Below are positions 17,981 to 27,711 of a stretch of DNA of 64,000 nt, piece after piece (position 1 is the first letter of the stretch; the number at the start of each line of letters is the position of its first letter). The stretch covers positions 10,148 through 74,147 of the forward strand of contig CAJUHH010000014.1 in assembly GCA_910585965.1 (NCBI GenBank), given 5' to 3'. The notes under the pieces are model-generated. The model was given only the letters and a program-made list of their open reading frames with translations, searched no databases and had not been told where the DNA came from. A program made the position numbers and the translations under genes. This DNA is from an uncultured Lachnospiraceae bacterium. Its GTDB lineage: Bacteria > Bacillota > Clostridia > Lachnospirales > Lachnospiraceae.

Positions 17981-20407
17981 ATGGGGAATACCGGTGTAAA
18001 ACGAAATATGCCAGCAGTGGCATTACGGGGGATGGCGATACTGCCCCATACAATCATTCACTTTGATTTGAGCAGGAAAAAATCGATAGCGGCTGTGGAA
18101 CAGGCGATGGTGGAAAGCCAGAGGATCTTCCTTGTGGCCCAGAAGGAGACGGACGCGGAAGAGCCTGGCTTTGAGGATGTTTATCCGATGGGGACGATCG
18201 CTCTGGTGAAACAGGTGATCAAGATGCCGAACCATATCGTCCGGGTCATGGTGGAAGGAATCCTGCGCGGGGAACTTCTCCGCTTTACGGATAACGACGC
18301 TTATCTGGAAGGGGAAGTGGAAGAGATCGAGGAAGACCTGAACCTACATGGAACCGTACAAGAGGAAGCGATGATACGGCAGATCCGGGAATTGTTTGCC
18401 GGTTATGCGGCATTTTATCCGAGGACCGGAGCGGCTATGGAGCGCCATATCCAGGATATTGATGAATTAGGCTGCCTGTTGGATCAGGTGACGATCAATA
18501 TGCCCTTGAATTATGAAAACAAGCAGGCAGTGCTTTCCGCAGTAGACCTGGAAGAGCGTTATGAAGTGCTGGCCGGGATATTGAACAGCGAGACGGAAGT
18601 AGCGAAGATTAAAGCGGAACTTTCCGAAAAGATAAGAGGAAGGGTGGAAAAGAACCAGAAGGAATATCTTCTGCGGGAGCAGCTCCAGTTTATCCGTGAG
18701 GAGCTGGGGGAGGACAATTCTTTTTCTGACGCGGAGCAGTTCGAGGGAGAGCTTGGCAAGCTGAAGGCGGAAAAAGAAGTAAAGGAGAAGATTCAGAAAG
18801 AAATCGCCCGTTACCGCAGACTGTCCCAGAACAGTTCGGAAAGCGCGGTGGAACGGGGGTATATTGAAACGCTGCTGGAGCTTCCTTGGAATAAACGGAC
18901 GAAGGACAATATGGATATTCTGAAAGCGGAGGAAGTGCTGGAAAGAGACCATTACGGGCTGAAGCAGGTGAAGGAAAGAATTCTGGAAGCTTTGGCAGTG
19001 CGCTGCCTGACGAAACAGGGGCAGTCGCCGATCCTTTGCCTGGTTGGGCCTCCAGGAACAGGAAAGACATCCATAGCCAAAAGCGTGGCTGAGGCTATGA
19101 ACAGGAAATATGTGCGCATCAGCCTAGGAGGAGTACGGGATGAGGCGGAGATCCGGGGACACCGCAGAACCTATGTCGGAGCTATGCCGGGGCGGATTAT
19201 TGCCGGGCTGAAACAGGCGGGGGTGAAGAACCCGCTCATGCTTCTGGATGAAATCGATAAAGTGAGCAGCGACTATAAGGGGGATACTTCTTCGGCGCTG
19301 TTGGAGGTCTTGGATGCGGAGCAGAACAATAAGTTCAGGGACCACTATGTGGAGATTCCCGTGGATTTGTCAGAGGTGCTTTTTATTGCCACGGCCAATT
19401 CCACGGCAACGATTCCCAGACCCCTATTGGATCGTATGGAGCTGATCGAGGTCAGCAGTTATACGGCCAACGAGAAATTCCATATTGCCAGGGAACACCT
19501 AGCGGCAAAACAGTTTGAAAAAAACGGGCTGGATGACGGCAGGCTTTCGATCAGCGACAGCGCACTGAAGAAAATGATCGAATGCTATACAAGGGAAGCG
19601 GGCGTGCGCGACCTGGAGAGGAAAATCGGAAGCGTTTGCAGGAAAGCGGCAAAAGAGATTCTGCAAAAAAAGAAAGACTGCATAAAAGTGACTTCTTCCA
19701 ATCTGGAAAAATATCTGGGCAAGGAAAAATACAGTACCAACAGGGTTAACGAAAAGGATGAAGTCGGAATCGTAAGAGGGCTTGCATGGACGAGCGTAGG
19801 AGGGGAAACGCTGCAGGTGGAAGTCAATGTGATGCCGGGAAAGGGAGAGATCGATCTGACCGGGCAGATGGGGGATGTCATGAAGGAATCGGCGCTGACG
19901 GGCTTAAGCTATGTCCGTTCGGTCAGCGGGCAGTATGGAATCCCCAAGGATATTTTCCGAAAGAACGATTTTCATATACATATCCCGGAGGGGGCCGTGC
20001 CGAAGGACGGGCCAAGCGCGGGTATTACGATGGCGACGGCTCTTTTATCCGCTGTTACGGGGATTGCGGTAAGGGCGGATCTGGCGATGACGGGAGAGAT
20101 TACCCTAAGAGGCCGCGTGCTGCCTATCGGGGGTTTAAAAGAGAAGATCCTAGCGGCAAAGACGGCGGGGATTAAAACCGTGCTTGTGCCGAAAAAGAAC
20201 GAGAAGGACATCGGGGAGATCGCGGGGGAAATCAAGACCGGGCTGTCCATCCATTTAGTAGGGACTATGGAGGAGGTTCTGTCCTTTGCTTTGACTGAAA
20301 AGCCCTGGAAAGTGCATTCCCTGGAGGAAAAAGCTCCTGGGGAAAAGCATTCCAAAGAAAAGGCATCCAAAGGGAAAAACGGGAAAGGAAATAAGAATGG
20401 TAATTAA
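17981..20407 (+). CDS. lon: Lon protease (endopeptidase La)
   Basis: GPPGTGKTS, LLDEIDK, PKDGPSAG catalytic Ser, GGLKEK catalytic Lys. Confidence 0.98.
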   Translation: MGNTGVKRNMPAVALRGMAILPHTIIHFDLSRKKSIAAVEQAMVESQRIFLVAQKETDAEEPGFEDVYPMGTIALVKQVIKMPNHIVRVMVEGILRGELLRFTDNDAYLEGEVEEIEEDLNLHGTVQEEAMIRQIRELFAGYAAFYPRTGAAMERHIQDIDELGCLLDQVTINMPLNYENKQAVLSAVDLEERYEVLAGILNSETEVAKIKAELSEKIRGRVEKNQKEYLLREQLQFIREELGEDNSFSDAEQFEGELGKLKAEKEVKEKIQKEIARYRRLSQNSSESAVERGYIETLLELPWNKRTKDNMDILKAEEVLERDHYGLKQVKERILEALAVRCLTKQGQSPILCLVGPPGTGKTSIAKSVAEAMNRKYVRISLGGVRDEAEIRGHRRTYVGAMPGRIIAGLKQAGVKNPLMLLDEIDKVSSDYKGDTSSALLEVLDAEQNNKFRDHYVEIPVDLSEVLFIATANSTATIPRPLLDRMELIEVSSYTANEKFHIAREHLAAKQFEKNGLDDGRLSISDSALKKMIECYTREAGVRDLERKIGSVCRKAAKEILQKKKDCIKVTSSNLEKYLGKEKYSTNRVNEKDEVGIVRGLAWTSVGGETLQVEVNVMPGKGEIDLTGQMGDVMKESALTGLSYVRSVSGQYGIPKDIFRKNDFHIHIPEGAVPKDGPSAGITMATALLSAVTGIAVRADLAMTGEITLRGRVLPIGGLKEKILAAKTAGIKTVLVPKKNEKDIGEIAGEIKTGLSIHLVGTMEEVLSFALTEKPWKVHSLEEKAPGEKHSKEKASKGKNGKGNKNGN

Positions 20408-20993
20408 GAACGTAAATTTAGAGACAGTCTGCGGCATTACGAGCAAGATGCCGGAGAATTCGCTGATAGAATTTGCCTTTGCGGGAAAAAGCAACGTGGG
20501 GAAGTCTTCGCTGATTAACGGGCTGATGAACCGTAAATCCTTGGCTAGGACAAGCGCCCAGCCGGGCAAGACCCAGACGATCAACTTTTATAATATCAAT
20601 GAACAATGCTATTTTGTGGATCTGCCGGGGTATGGTTACACCACAGCCAATGTGAACGTAAAGGAACAATGGGGGAAAATGGTGGAGCGTTATCTGCGCC
20701 GGACGAAAATGCTGAAGCTGATCTTCCTGTTAGTGGATATCCGCCATGAGCCATCGGCCAACGATAAGACGATGTATGAATGGATGGTGCATTACGGCTT
20801 CCAGCCGGTCATCATTGCCACGAAACTGGATAAAATTAAGAGAAGCCAGGTGGAGAAGCAGGTAAAGGCCATAAGGACCGGACTGCAGGCCGGAAAAGAT
20901 GCTGTTATTATTCCTTGGTCTTCCATGACGAAGCAGGGGAAGGAAGAAATTTATGCGTTGATGGACCAATATCTGGAACGGAGTAGCTTATGA
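20397..20993 (+). CDS. yihA: Ribosome biogenesis GTPase YihA/YsxC/EngB
   Basis: GKSNVGKSS, PGKTQ, DLPGYG, TKLDK; overlaps lon. Confidence 0.96.
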   Translation: MVIKNVNLETVCGITSKMPENSLIEFAFAGKSNVGKSSLINGLMNRKSLARTSAQPGKTQTINFYNINEQCYFVDLPGYGYTTANVNVKEQWGKMVERYLRRTKMLKLIFLLVDIRHEPSANDKTMYEWMVHYGFQPVIIATKLDKIKRSQVEKQVKAIRTGLQAGKDAVIIPWSSMTKQGKEEIYALMDQYLERSSL

Positions 20994-22198
20994 AACCATT
21001 GCGTAAGACATATATAAAAGTATTGATGAATCTGGGGATCGCATTGCTGATTTTGATGCTGATTGTTTTTCTTCTGCCGAAAGCGCTCTTGTTTTTCATG
21101 CCTTTTGTGATCGGATGGATCATTGCGCTGATTGCGAATCCGCTGGTGCTTTTTTTTGAAAACAAGCTGAAGATCAAGCGGAAGGCGGGAACGGCGTTTG
21201 TCATTATTGCGGTGATCGCGCTGGTAGTATTGGCGGGATACCTGATCGGCGCGAAGGTTGTAAAGGAAACGGTAGGGCTGATCAATGAGCTGCCCATGAT
21301 GTGGGATGCCCTGGAAGAGGACTTCCGCACTATCGGCAAAAATATGGATATTTTGTACAGCCGCTTCCCGGAAGAAGTGCGCAATACGATTTCGGGCATC
21401 GGGGAGCAGATGGAAGGCCTTGTAGGGGATCTTGTGGGCAGGGCTGGAACGCCGACGATCGAGGCGGTGGGGAATTTTGCAAAAAATCTCCCTACGATAT
21501 TGATCGGAGTCATTATGTGCCTTTTGTCGGCTTATTTCTTCGTGGCGGAAAGGGAATATTTGTCTGTCAGGGTGAAGAGCTGTATACCCGAAGCGGTCGT
21601 TTACCATTGGAATTTGATGTCACGCAGCTTTAAGCGGGCGGTGGGCGGTTACTTTAAAGCCCAGTTCAAGATCGAGGTATGGATGTATCTTCTTTTGGTA
21701 CTGGGGCTTTGGATTTTGAAAGTGAATTATGCTTTCCTGATCGCGCTCGGGATCGCTTTTCTGGATTTCCTGCCGGTGTTCGGCACGGGTACTGTGCTGA
21801 TGCCCTGGGCTGTCATCAAGATCCTTAGCGCGGATTATAAGATGGCGGTGGGCCTGCTGATTATATGGTGCGGCGGCCAGCTGGCACGGCAGATCATCCA
21901 GCCGAAGATCGTGGGGGACTCGATCGGCGTACCTCCTATACCGACTATATTCCTGCTGTTTATCGGCTACAAGGTGGCGGGGGTATTCGGCATGATCGTG
22001 GCGGTGCCTATCGGTATTATTTTTGCCAATATGTATGAGGAAGGCGTATTCGACACGACGAAGAACAGCATAAAAATATTGCTGGCGGGCATTAACAATT
22101 TCCGGCGACTGGACGAAGAGGACATGGCGGTAGTGGAAGAGTACGAGAGATACCAGAGGGAAAAAATCGAGGAACAGGAAAAGAAGGAAATCATGTAG
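20990..22198 (+). CDS. ytvI: Sporulation integral membrane protein YtvI (AI-2E family)
   Basis: LDFLPVFGTG..PW, RQIIQPKIVG; multiple TM segments. Confidence 0.85.
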   Translation: MKPLRKTYIKVLMNLGIALLILMLIVFLLPKALLFFMPFVIGWIIALIANPLVLFFENKLKIKRKAGTAFVIIAVIALVVLAGYLIGAKVVKETVGLINELPMMWDALEEDFRTIGKNMDILYSRFPEEVRNTISGIGEQMEGLVGDLVGRAGTPTIEAVGNFAKNLPTILIGVIMCLLSAYFFVAEREYLSVRVKSCIPEAVVYHWNLMSRSFKRAVGGYFKAQFKIEVWMYLLLVLGLWILKVNYAFLIALGIAFLDFLPVFGTGTVLMPWAVIKILSADYKMAVGLLIIWCGGQLARQIIQPKIVGDSIGVPPIPTIFLLFIGYKVAGVFGMIVAVPIGIIFANMYEEGVFDTTKNSIKILLAGINNFRRLDEEDMAVVEEYERYQREKIEEQEKKEIM

Positions 22199-22268
22199 AG
22201 CTGCAAAGAGACATGGCAGCAAGGGAAAAAGACCAGTTTTCCGGCAAAAGAAAGGTATGGTTATCGGG

Positions 22269-23252
22269 ATGAAAGTGATAGTATATAGTTGCAGGGAATT
22301 CGATGAGAAGGAGTTGTTTGTACAGTACGGCAGGGAGATGGGGATTGAGCTGGTTCTCTGCCCGGATCCGCCTTGCATGGAAAATGTAAAGCTGGCGGAG
22401 GGAAGCGATGGCATTGATATTCTTACATCCCAAATGACCAGGGAGCTGCTGGCGGCATATAAAGAGGCGGGCATTCGGTATTTGGTGACGCGCACGATCG
22501 GTTATGACCATATCGATATGGATGCCGCGAAAGAGCTGGGGATCACAGTGGCCAACGCGCCTTACGGCCCCCATGGAGTGGCGGATTATGCAGTGATGCT
22601 GATCCTCATGTCTATACGGAAGATGAAAAGGATCATGGAACGCACGAATATCCAAGATTATACTTTGAAGGGCATCCAGGGGCGGGAGCTGAAAGATATG
22701 ACTGTCGGCGTGGTCGGCACGGGAAGGATTGGAAGAACGGTCATCGAAAATTTATCCGGTTTTGGATGCAAAATGATTGCATATGACCTGGTGGAAAATC
22801 AAGGGGTGAAAAAGTACGCGGAATATGTTACACTGGAAGAAATATGGAGGCGGGCGGATATCATTACCCTGCATGCGCCTCTTACGGATGAAAACTGCCA
22901 CATGATAGGGGCGGACACGATCGCCAGAATGAAAGACGGCGTGGTGATCGTCAATACGGCGCGGGGAGGCTTGATCGATTCCCAGGCGCTGATCGCCGGG
23001 ATCGAGTCCGGGAAGATCGGCGCGGCCGGCCTGGACGTGGTGGAGAACGAGTTTGAGCTTTATTATTATGACAGGAAGTCGGATGTATTGCATAACAGGG
23101 AACTGGCAGTTTTAAGAGGGTTCCCGAACGTAACAGTAACGCACCATATGGCGTTTTATACCGATGAGTGCGTAAGGACAGTAGTCAGGGATTCCCTGGC
23201 GGGGTGCAGATTGTTTGTAGAAGGAAAGAAAAATCCCTGGGAGGTCGCATAA
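22269..23252 (+). CDS. D-isomer-specific 2-hydroxyacid dehydrogenase (D-lactate dehydrogenase-like)
   Basis: RTIGYDHID, GVVGTGRIG, ITLHAP, NTARG, LDVVENE, THHMAFYT; alternative start 22257. Confidence 0.9.
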   Translation: MKVIVYSCREFDEKELFVQYGREMGIELVLCPDPPCMENVKLAEGSDGIDILTSQMTRELLAAYKEAGIRYLVTRTIGYDHIDMDAAKELGITVANAPYGPHGVADYAVMLILMSIRKMKRIMERTNIQDYTLKGIQGRELKDMTVGVVGTGRIGRTVIENLSGFGCKMIAYDLVENQGVKKYAEYVTLEEIWRRADIITLHAPLTDENCHMIGADTIARMKDGVVIVNTARGGLIDSQALIAGIESGKIGAAGLDVVENEFELYYYDRKSDVLHNRELAVLRGFPNVTVTHHMAFYTDECVRTVVRDSLAGCRLFVEGKKNPWEVA

Positions 23253-23993
23253 TTGCGTAACATAAGAGTAATACTTCAATATGAAGGAACGAGATATCAG
23301 GGCTGGCAGAGGCAGGATAGCACGGACAACACGATCCAGGGAAAGCTGGAAGCGTTGCTCGGCAGGATGTGCGGGCATGAAGTGGAAGTCATTGGTTCTG
23401 GAAGAACGGATGCCGGGGTCCACGCCTATGGACAGACGGCCAATTTCCATATCGAAACGCAGATGGGACTTCAGGAAATCATGGATTATATGAATCGGTA
23501 TCTGCCGGAGGATATTGCCGTTGTCGATATCAAAGAGGTATCGGAACGCTTCCACAGCAGACTGAATGTAAAAGGAAAGATTTACCAGTACCGGGTGATA
23601 AACAGCGGCGTTCCACATATATTTGATAGAAGGTATGTCCATGTGGTGGAAGAAGAACTGGATATGGACGCGATGAAGCGGGCAGCGGAAGTATTATGCG
23701 GGACCCATGATTACCGGGCGTTTACGTCTAATAAAAGGAGCAGGAAATCCACCGTGCGTACTGTGGATTCCATTTCTATCGAAAAAAGGGGAGACGAGAT
23801 TCGGTTTACTTTCCGGGGAAACGGCTTTTTATATCATATGGTTCGAATTATGATGGGAACCCTGCTGGAAGCGGGGCTTCACAAAAGAGACGCGGCACAG
23901 ATAGCGGGACTGCTGGAAGCAGGAACGAGGGAAGAGGCCGGTTATCTGGCGCCTGCCAAGGGATTAGCTTTGGTGGAGGTTTTTTATTCGTGA
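23253..23993 (+). CDS. truA: tRNA pseudouridine(38-40) synthase
   Basis: YEGTRYQGWQ, GSGRTDAGVHA, GFLYHMVR, APAKGL. Confidence 0.93.
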   Translation: MRNIRVILQYEGTRYQGWQRQDSTDNTIQGKLEALLGRMCGHEVEVIGSGRTDAGVHAYGQTANFHIETQMGLQEIMDYMNRYLPEDIAVVDIKEVSERFHSRLNVKGKIYQYRVINSGVPHIFDRRYVHVVEEELDMDAMKRAAEVLCGTHDYRAFTSNKRSRKSTVRTVDSISIEKRGDEIRFTFRGNGFLYHMVRIMMGTLLEAGLHKRDAAQIAGLLEAGTREEAGYLAPAKGLALVEVFYS

Positions 23994-24460
23994 AGAAATC
24001 AAAACGCATAAAGATTGTGTTTTTTATATATATAGCGGTCGTGATCAAAGTGATTATTTTCAAATATCCATGGGAGGATCTGAAAGCGATTGCGGATACA
24101 TGGGAAAAAGGTGTTATTCTGGAAGGTCTGGATACCGCCAATTTTACCTTGTTTAAAACCATTAAAATGTATATTAATTATTCTTATATGCTGAACAGCT
24201 TTGAAAATCTGGCGGGGAATATTGTTGTTTTTATTCCCTTTGGTTTTTTACTGCCGTATGTGTTGAAAGGAGCCGCTAAGTTCCCTGTTCTGCTGCTGAA
24301 TGCTTTTCTATTTGTACTCGGTATCGAGGTGTTCCAGCTGTTCAGCGCTTTCGGTGCTTTCGATGTGGACGATATCCTGCTGAACTGCTTCGGGGCTTCG
24401 CTGGGCTGGCTGATGTATTGGGTTTGGGAGAGAAGGAAGAAGAGGGTGGAGGGGAGTTAA
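23990..24460 (+). CDS. VanZ family membrane protein
   Basis: GNIVVFIPFG, IEVFQL, FDVDDILLN. Confidence 0.88.
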   Translation: MKKSKRIKIVFFIYIAVVIKVIIFKYPWEDLKAIADTWEKGVILEGLDTANFTLFKTIKMYINYSYMLNSFENLAGNIVVFIPFGFLLPYVLKGAAKFPVLLLNAFLFVLGIEVFQLFSAFGAFDVDDILLNCFGASLGWLMYWVWERRKKRVEGS

Positions 24461-24578
24461 AGAATTGGCAAACTGAAGAGATTGAAAAGAGTTATAGCTG
24501 CTGCCTGCCAATATTGAAGAGCGGAAATGAGAATGATATAATGAAAATGGATAGAAAAATTTACAAGGAGGTTCGGCT

Positions 24579-24908
24579 ATGGAGAAAATATATGCCATGA
24601 ATGAGATACAGGCAATCATCCGTCCAATTCTGCAGGATTATGGCGTGAGCCGGGCGTATCTTTTCGGCTCTTATGCCCGTGGAGAGGCTACGGGGCAGAG
24701 CGATATCGACCTGCGGATTGACGGGGGCAGAATTCGATCCATGTTCGGCCTGGGCGCCCTTTACCATGAACTGACGCAGGCTTTAAAGAAGCCGGTGGAT
24801 CTGGTGACGACAGAGGCGCTGTCCCACGATGCAAACGTAGCAAGGACGGAGGGATTCCGTGTCCGCATGAAGGAGGATGAGAAGCTGATTTATGAAGAAG
24901 AACATTGA
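24579..24908 (+). CDS. MNT antitoxin (MntA-like nucleotidyltransferase)
   Basis: LFGSYARGEATGQSDIDL, KPVDLVT; preceded by tgatataat extended -10. Confidence 0.9.
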   Translation: MEKIYAMNEIQAIIRPILQDYGVSRAYLFGSYARGEATGQSDIDLRIDGGRIRSMFGLGALYHELTQALKKPVDLVTTEALSHDANVARTEGFRVRMKEDEKLIYEEEH

Positions 24909-25293
24909 CATCCTTGAGCATATCGTGACGTACTGTGAAGATATAGAGGCTGCGTTGGAACGTTTTGGGAGAGAGAAGGATATTTTTGACACGGACAGGG
25001 ATTATCGCAATTCGGTCTGCATGAGCCTTCTCCAGATTGGTGAACTGACTGGGCATCTGACGGAGAATTTCCGTGAGGATACAAAAGACTCCATTTATTG
25101 GCCGGCAATCAAGGGAATGAGAAACCTGTTTGCCCACAATTACGGTGCTGTGGACGTGGGGCTTGTATGGGAAACGGCGGTGTCGGATATTCCGGTTCTG
25201 CATGAGTTCTGTAATCGGACAATACGTATGTTACGTTTCTTGGAGCAGGAGAAAGAGCGGGACGGTGATATGGAGCGTTCACAGGATTCGTGA
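24892..25293 (+). CDS. HepT-like (DUF86) HEPN RNase toxin
   Basis: LLQIGE, W..IKGMRNLFAHNY with intact Rx4H and the following Tyr; overlaps MNT. Confidence 0.9.
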   Translation: MKKNIDILEHIVTYCEDIEAALERFGREKDIFDTDRDYRNSVCMSLLQIGELTGHLTENFREDTKDSIYWPAIKGMRNLFAHNYGAVDVGLVWETAVSDIPVLHEFCNRTIRMLRFLEQEKERDGDMERSQDS

Positions 25294-25327
25294 ATTTAGA
25301 AGAAAAGTTGATTTTGCTGCAAATATA

Positions 25328-25358
25328 AAAAAGAGTTGGCCTGACAGCCAGCTTTTTT
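25328..25358 (+). terminator. Intrinsic terminator
   Basis: aaaaagagttggc-ctgaca-gccagctttttt. Confidence 0.7.
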
Positions 25359-25559
25359 ACTATATAAGCTGAGGCGGGGAATTTTCCCGCCTTTAATGTA
25401 CCTAGGCATTATAGCGCCCCTATAAAAAATAATAAAAAAATAATAATTTTTTTTGCAGTATTTTAGATTTGTATGGGATATTACTATATAGAAGGGCAGG
25501 AGTACGGCACTTGGCTTATTGCGCGCAGGAATAAATGACAGAGATGAGAGACAATACAT

Positions 25560-26129
25560 ATGGCAGAGAAGAGGAACGGCAGAGAGGAAGTATCTGTTTC
25601 ACAGGCGGCGTATATGGAAGCGCTGCAGGAAAAAATAAATAATTACAGCGATTTACTATATAGGATTGCATTTTTACAGTTGAAAAATAATCAGGATGCA
25701 GAGGATGTGGTGCAGGAAACGTTTTACCAGTTGGTGAAGTGCCGGAAGGAATTCGAAACGCCGGAGCACGAAAAGGCATGGCTTATTAAGGTGACTTTAA
25801 ACGGCTGCCGGAAGGTGTGGCGTTCCGCATGGTACAGGCATACGGATATCGTGCCGGCTGGGGAACTGCCAGAAAGAAGCCAGGGAGAGGCCGTGGGCGC
25901 GATGGAGGCGGATGTTCTGGAAAAGGAAAGAAACCGGGAAATTATGGAAGCGGTTTTAAAACTGCCAAGAAGATACAGAGAAGTAATCCACTTATTCTAC
26001 TTCCAGCAGATGAGCGTGAAAGAGATCGGCGCAGTTACTGGAAGAAAGGAATCGACGATAACGTCACAGCTGACGAGAGGCAGGGAACTGTTGAAAAAAA
26101 ATCTGAGGGAGGAGTATCGGTATGAATGA
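25560..26129 (+). CDS. ECF RNA polymerase sigma-70 factor
   Basis: DAEDVVQETF, KAWLIKV region 2; LPRRYREVIHL..SVKEI..L.RGR region 4. Confidence 0.93.
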   Translation: MAEKRNGREEVSVSQAAYMEALQEKINNYSDLLYRIAFLQLKNNQDAEDVVQETFYQLVKCRKEFETPEHEKAWLIKVTLNGCRKVWRSAWYRHTDIVPAGELPERSQGEAVGAMEADVLEKERNREIMEAVLKLPRRYREVIHLFYFQQMSVKEIGAVTGRKESTITSQLTRGRELLKKNLREEYRYE

Positions 26130-26982
26130 GTTTAGGGATTGTTACCAGTCAGCAGTGAAAGATATGGGAATGCTGGGCATGAAAGAATTTCATATGGACG
26201 CTTCCCAATGCATGGATGAAGGCAGGCATAACCGCCGGATGGTACGACGGATGAGGAGATCTGCTGCGACGGTTTTTTCTGCCGCATGCGTTGTGTTCCT
26301 TTGTGGATTTGGAACAGTAAAAGCGGCAGAATATTTTGACAATATCATCAAAGTAAAAGAATGGGGATTTGAATCCGCCGATGCTGCAACGATGGCGAGG
26401 AATGAGGCAGAAGATTCCCAGGCATATGTCATTTCGGAAGAAGTGGGGGCGGCCATGGAAAGCGGGATATCCGAAGAAACGGCAGGAGAAGAGATGGTGC
26501 AGAGTTTCACGGAAGAGGCGGAAGTGGAAGAAATGCCGGTGAAAAATTATTCTTCTTTTGAAGAATTCCGGGAAGAAAATGAAGATATTATCTTTCCCCA
26601 GCCGTCTATAAGTGCAGAGGCAGAAGAAATGAGCGCGACCATATGCGGGGATTGGGCCATGGTTCGCTATGATATGGATGGGAAGGTGGTCTGGGTAGAG
26701 CGCACCGACTACGCGGATACGCAGGGGCATGCGTCTTCCAAAGTATTTCCGGGCGGCGTCTGCAATGAGAGGCAGTATACGACGGCACAAGGGTATACTT
26801 ATACGCTGGTGGATTCTGTAAAAGAAAGCGAGGACGATCCGCTCCAGATCCATGGGGCTGTCAGCGTGGGAACCTATGAAGCTTATATTGATTTCATGGG
26901 TTATACGGAAGAGGAAGCGAAGGAAATGATAGAAAGCATTGATTTGAGCTTATATGAACAGGGGAGAAAAGAAGGGAAATAA
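26122..26982 (+). CDS. Putative anti-sigma factor (single TM, acidic extracellular domain)
   Basis: Overlaps the ECF stop; basic stretch then one TM helix (AATVFSAACVVFLCG) and a long acidic C-terminal domain. Confidence 0.6.
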   Translation: MNEFRDCYQSAVKDMGMLGMKEFHMDASQCMDEGRHNRRMVRRMRRSAATVFSAACVVFLCGFGTVKAAEYFDNIIKVKEWGFESADAATMARNEAEDSQAYVISEEVGAAMESGISEETAGEEMVQSFTEEAEVEEMPVKNYSSFEEFREENEDIIFPQPSISAEAEEMSATICGDWAMVRYDMDGKVVWVERTDYADTQGHASSKVFPGGVCNERQYTTAQGYTYTLVDSVKESEDDPLQIHGAVSVGTYEAYIDFMGYTEEEAKEMIESIDLSLYEQGRKEGK

Positions 26983-27018
26983 AAGAAGGGATAAGGTTTT
27001 GCGAGAGGAGGAAACCGA

Positions 27019-27705
27019 ATGAAAAATGTATTGATTTACAATCAGAATGAAACGAACATGGAAGTGCTTAAGATTTTTCTGGCGCAGGAAGGGTACCAGG
27101 TTTTTGTTGTGAGCAAGCTGGAAGACGTTGTGAAAAGGGTCGGGGAAAAGGACATTCATTTGGTGGTAATGGATATCGATTTTCCTATGCATGACGGTAT
27201 CGAGCAGTTAAAGGCAATCCGTAAGGCGGACAGAATGCCGATCATCGTATTGTCTGCCAATGATAAAGAACAGATGAAGATAGCGGCCCTCAACGCAGGG
27301 GCGGATGATTATGTGATCCATCCGTTTCATCCGCTGGAGTTCATGGCGAGGATCAACTGTCAGTTCAGGAGATACACGCAGCTGGCGCGTATGAGGGATA
27401 ATATTGACCGTATTTACCGGGTGGACGATCTGGTGATTGATGATATTATACGCAAGGTGACGGTAGCGGGCAAAGAGGTCAGCCTGACTCCCATAGAGTA
27501 TAAAATACTTCGGTTGCTGGTGCAGGAAAGGGGAAAAGTTTTTTCCATTAACCAGATTTATGAGACGATATGGAATATGCAGGCGATCGGGGCGGATAAC
27601 ACGATCGCCGTACATATCAGGCATATCCGGGAGAAAATTGAGCAGAACCCGAAGGAACCCCATTATTTGAAGGTAGTGTGGGGGACGGGGTATAAAGTGG
27701 GATAA
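27019..27705 (+). CDS. OmpR/PhoB-family response regulator (no adjacent kinase)
   Basis: LVVMDID, GADDY, LTPIEY, VHIRHIREKIE, VWGTGY. Confidence 0.93.
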   Translation: MKNVLIYNQNETNMEVLKIFLAQEGYQVFVVSKLEDVVKRVGEKDIHLVVMDIDFPMHDGIEQLKAIRKADRMPIIVLSANDKEQMKIAALNAGADDYVIHPFHPLEFMARINCQFRRYTQLARMRDNIDRIYRVDDLVIDDIIRKVTVAGKEVSLTPIEYKILRLLVQERGKVFSINQIYETIWNMQAIGADNTIAVHIRHIREKIEQNPKEPHYLKVVWGTGYKVG

Positions 27706-27711
27706 TTTATA

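Noticed and set aside
20300..20407. Lys/Gly-rich C-terminal extension of Lon as an extra domain
   Set aside because: Short low-complexity tail running into the yihA start; no evidence of a distinct function.
22269..24460. VanH-like dehydrogenase near a VanZ gene as a vancomycin-resistance cluster
   Set aside because: No D-Ala-D-Lac ligase, VanX/VanY or VanRS; truA lies between them and both families are common housekeeping genes.
24460..25330. Flanking direct repeats around the second MNT-HepT module
   Set aside because: Only a short aaaagagtt match in AT-rich DNA, compatible with chance.
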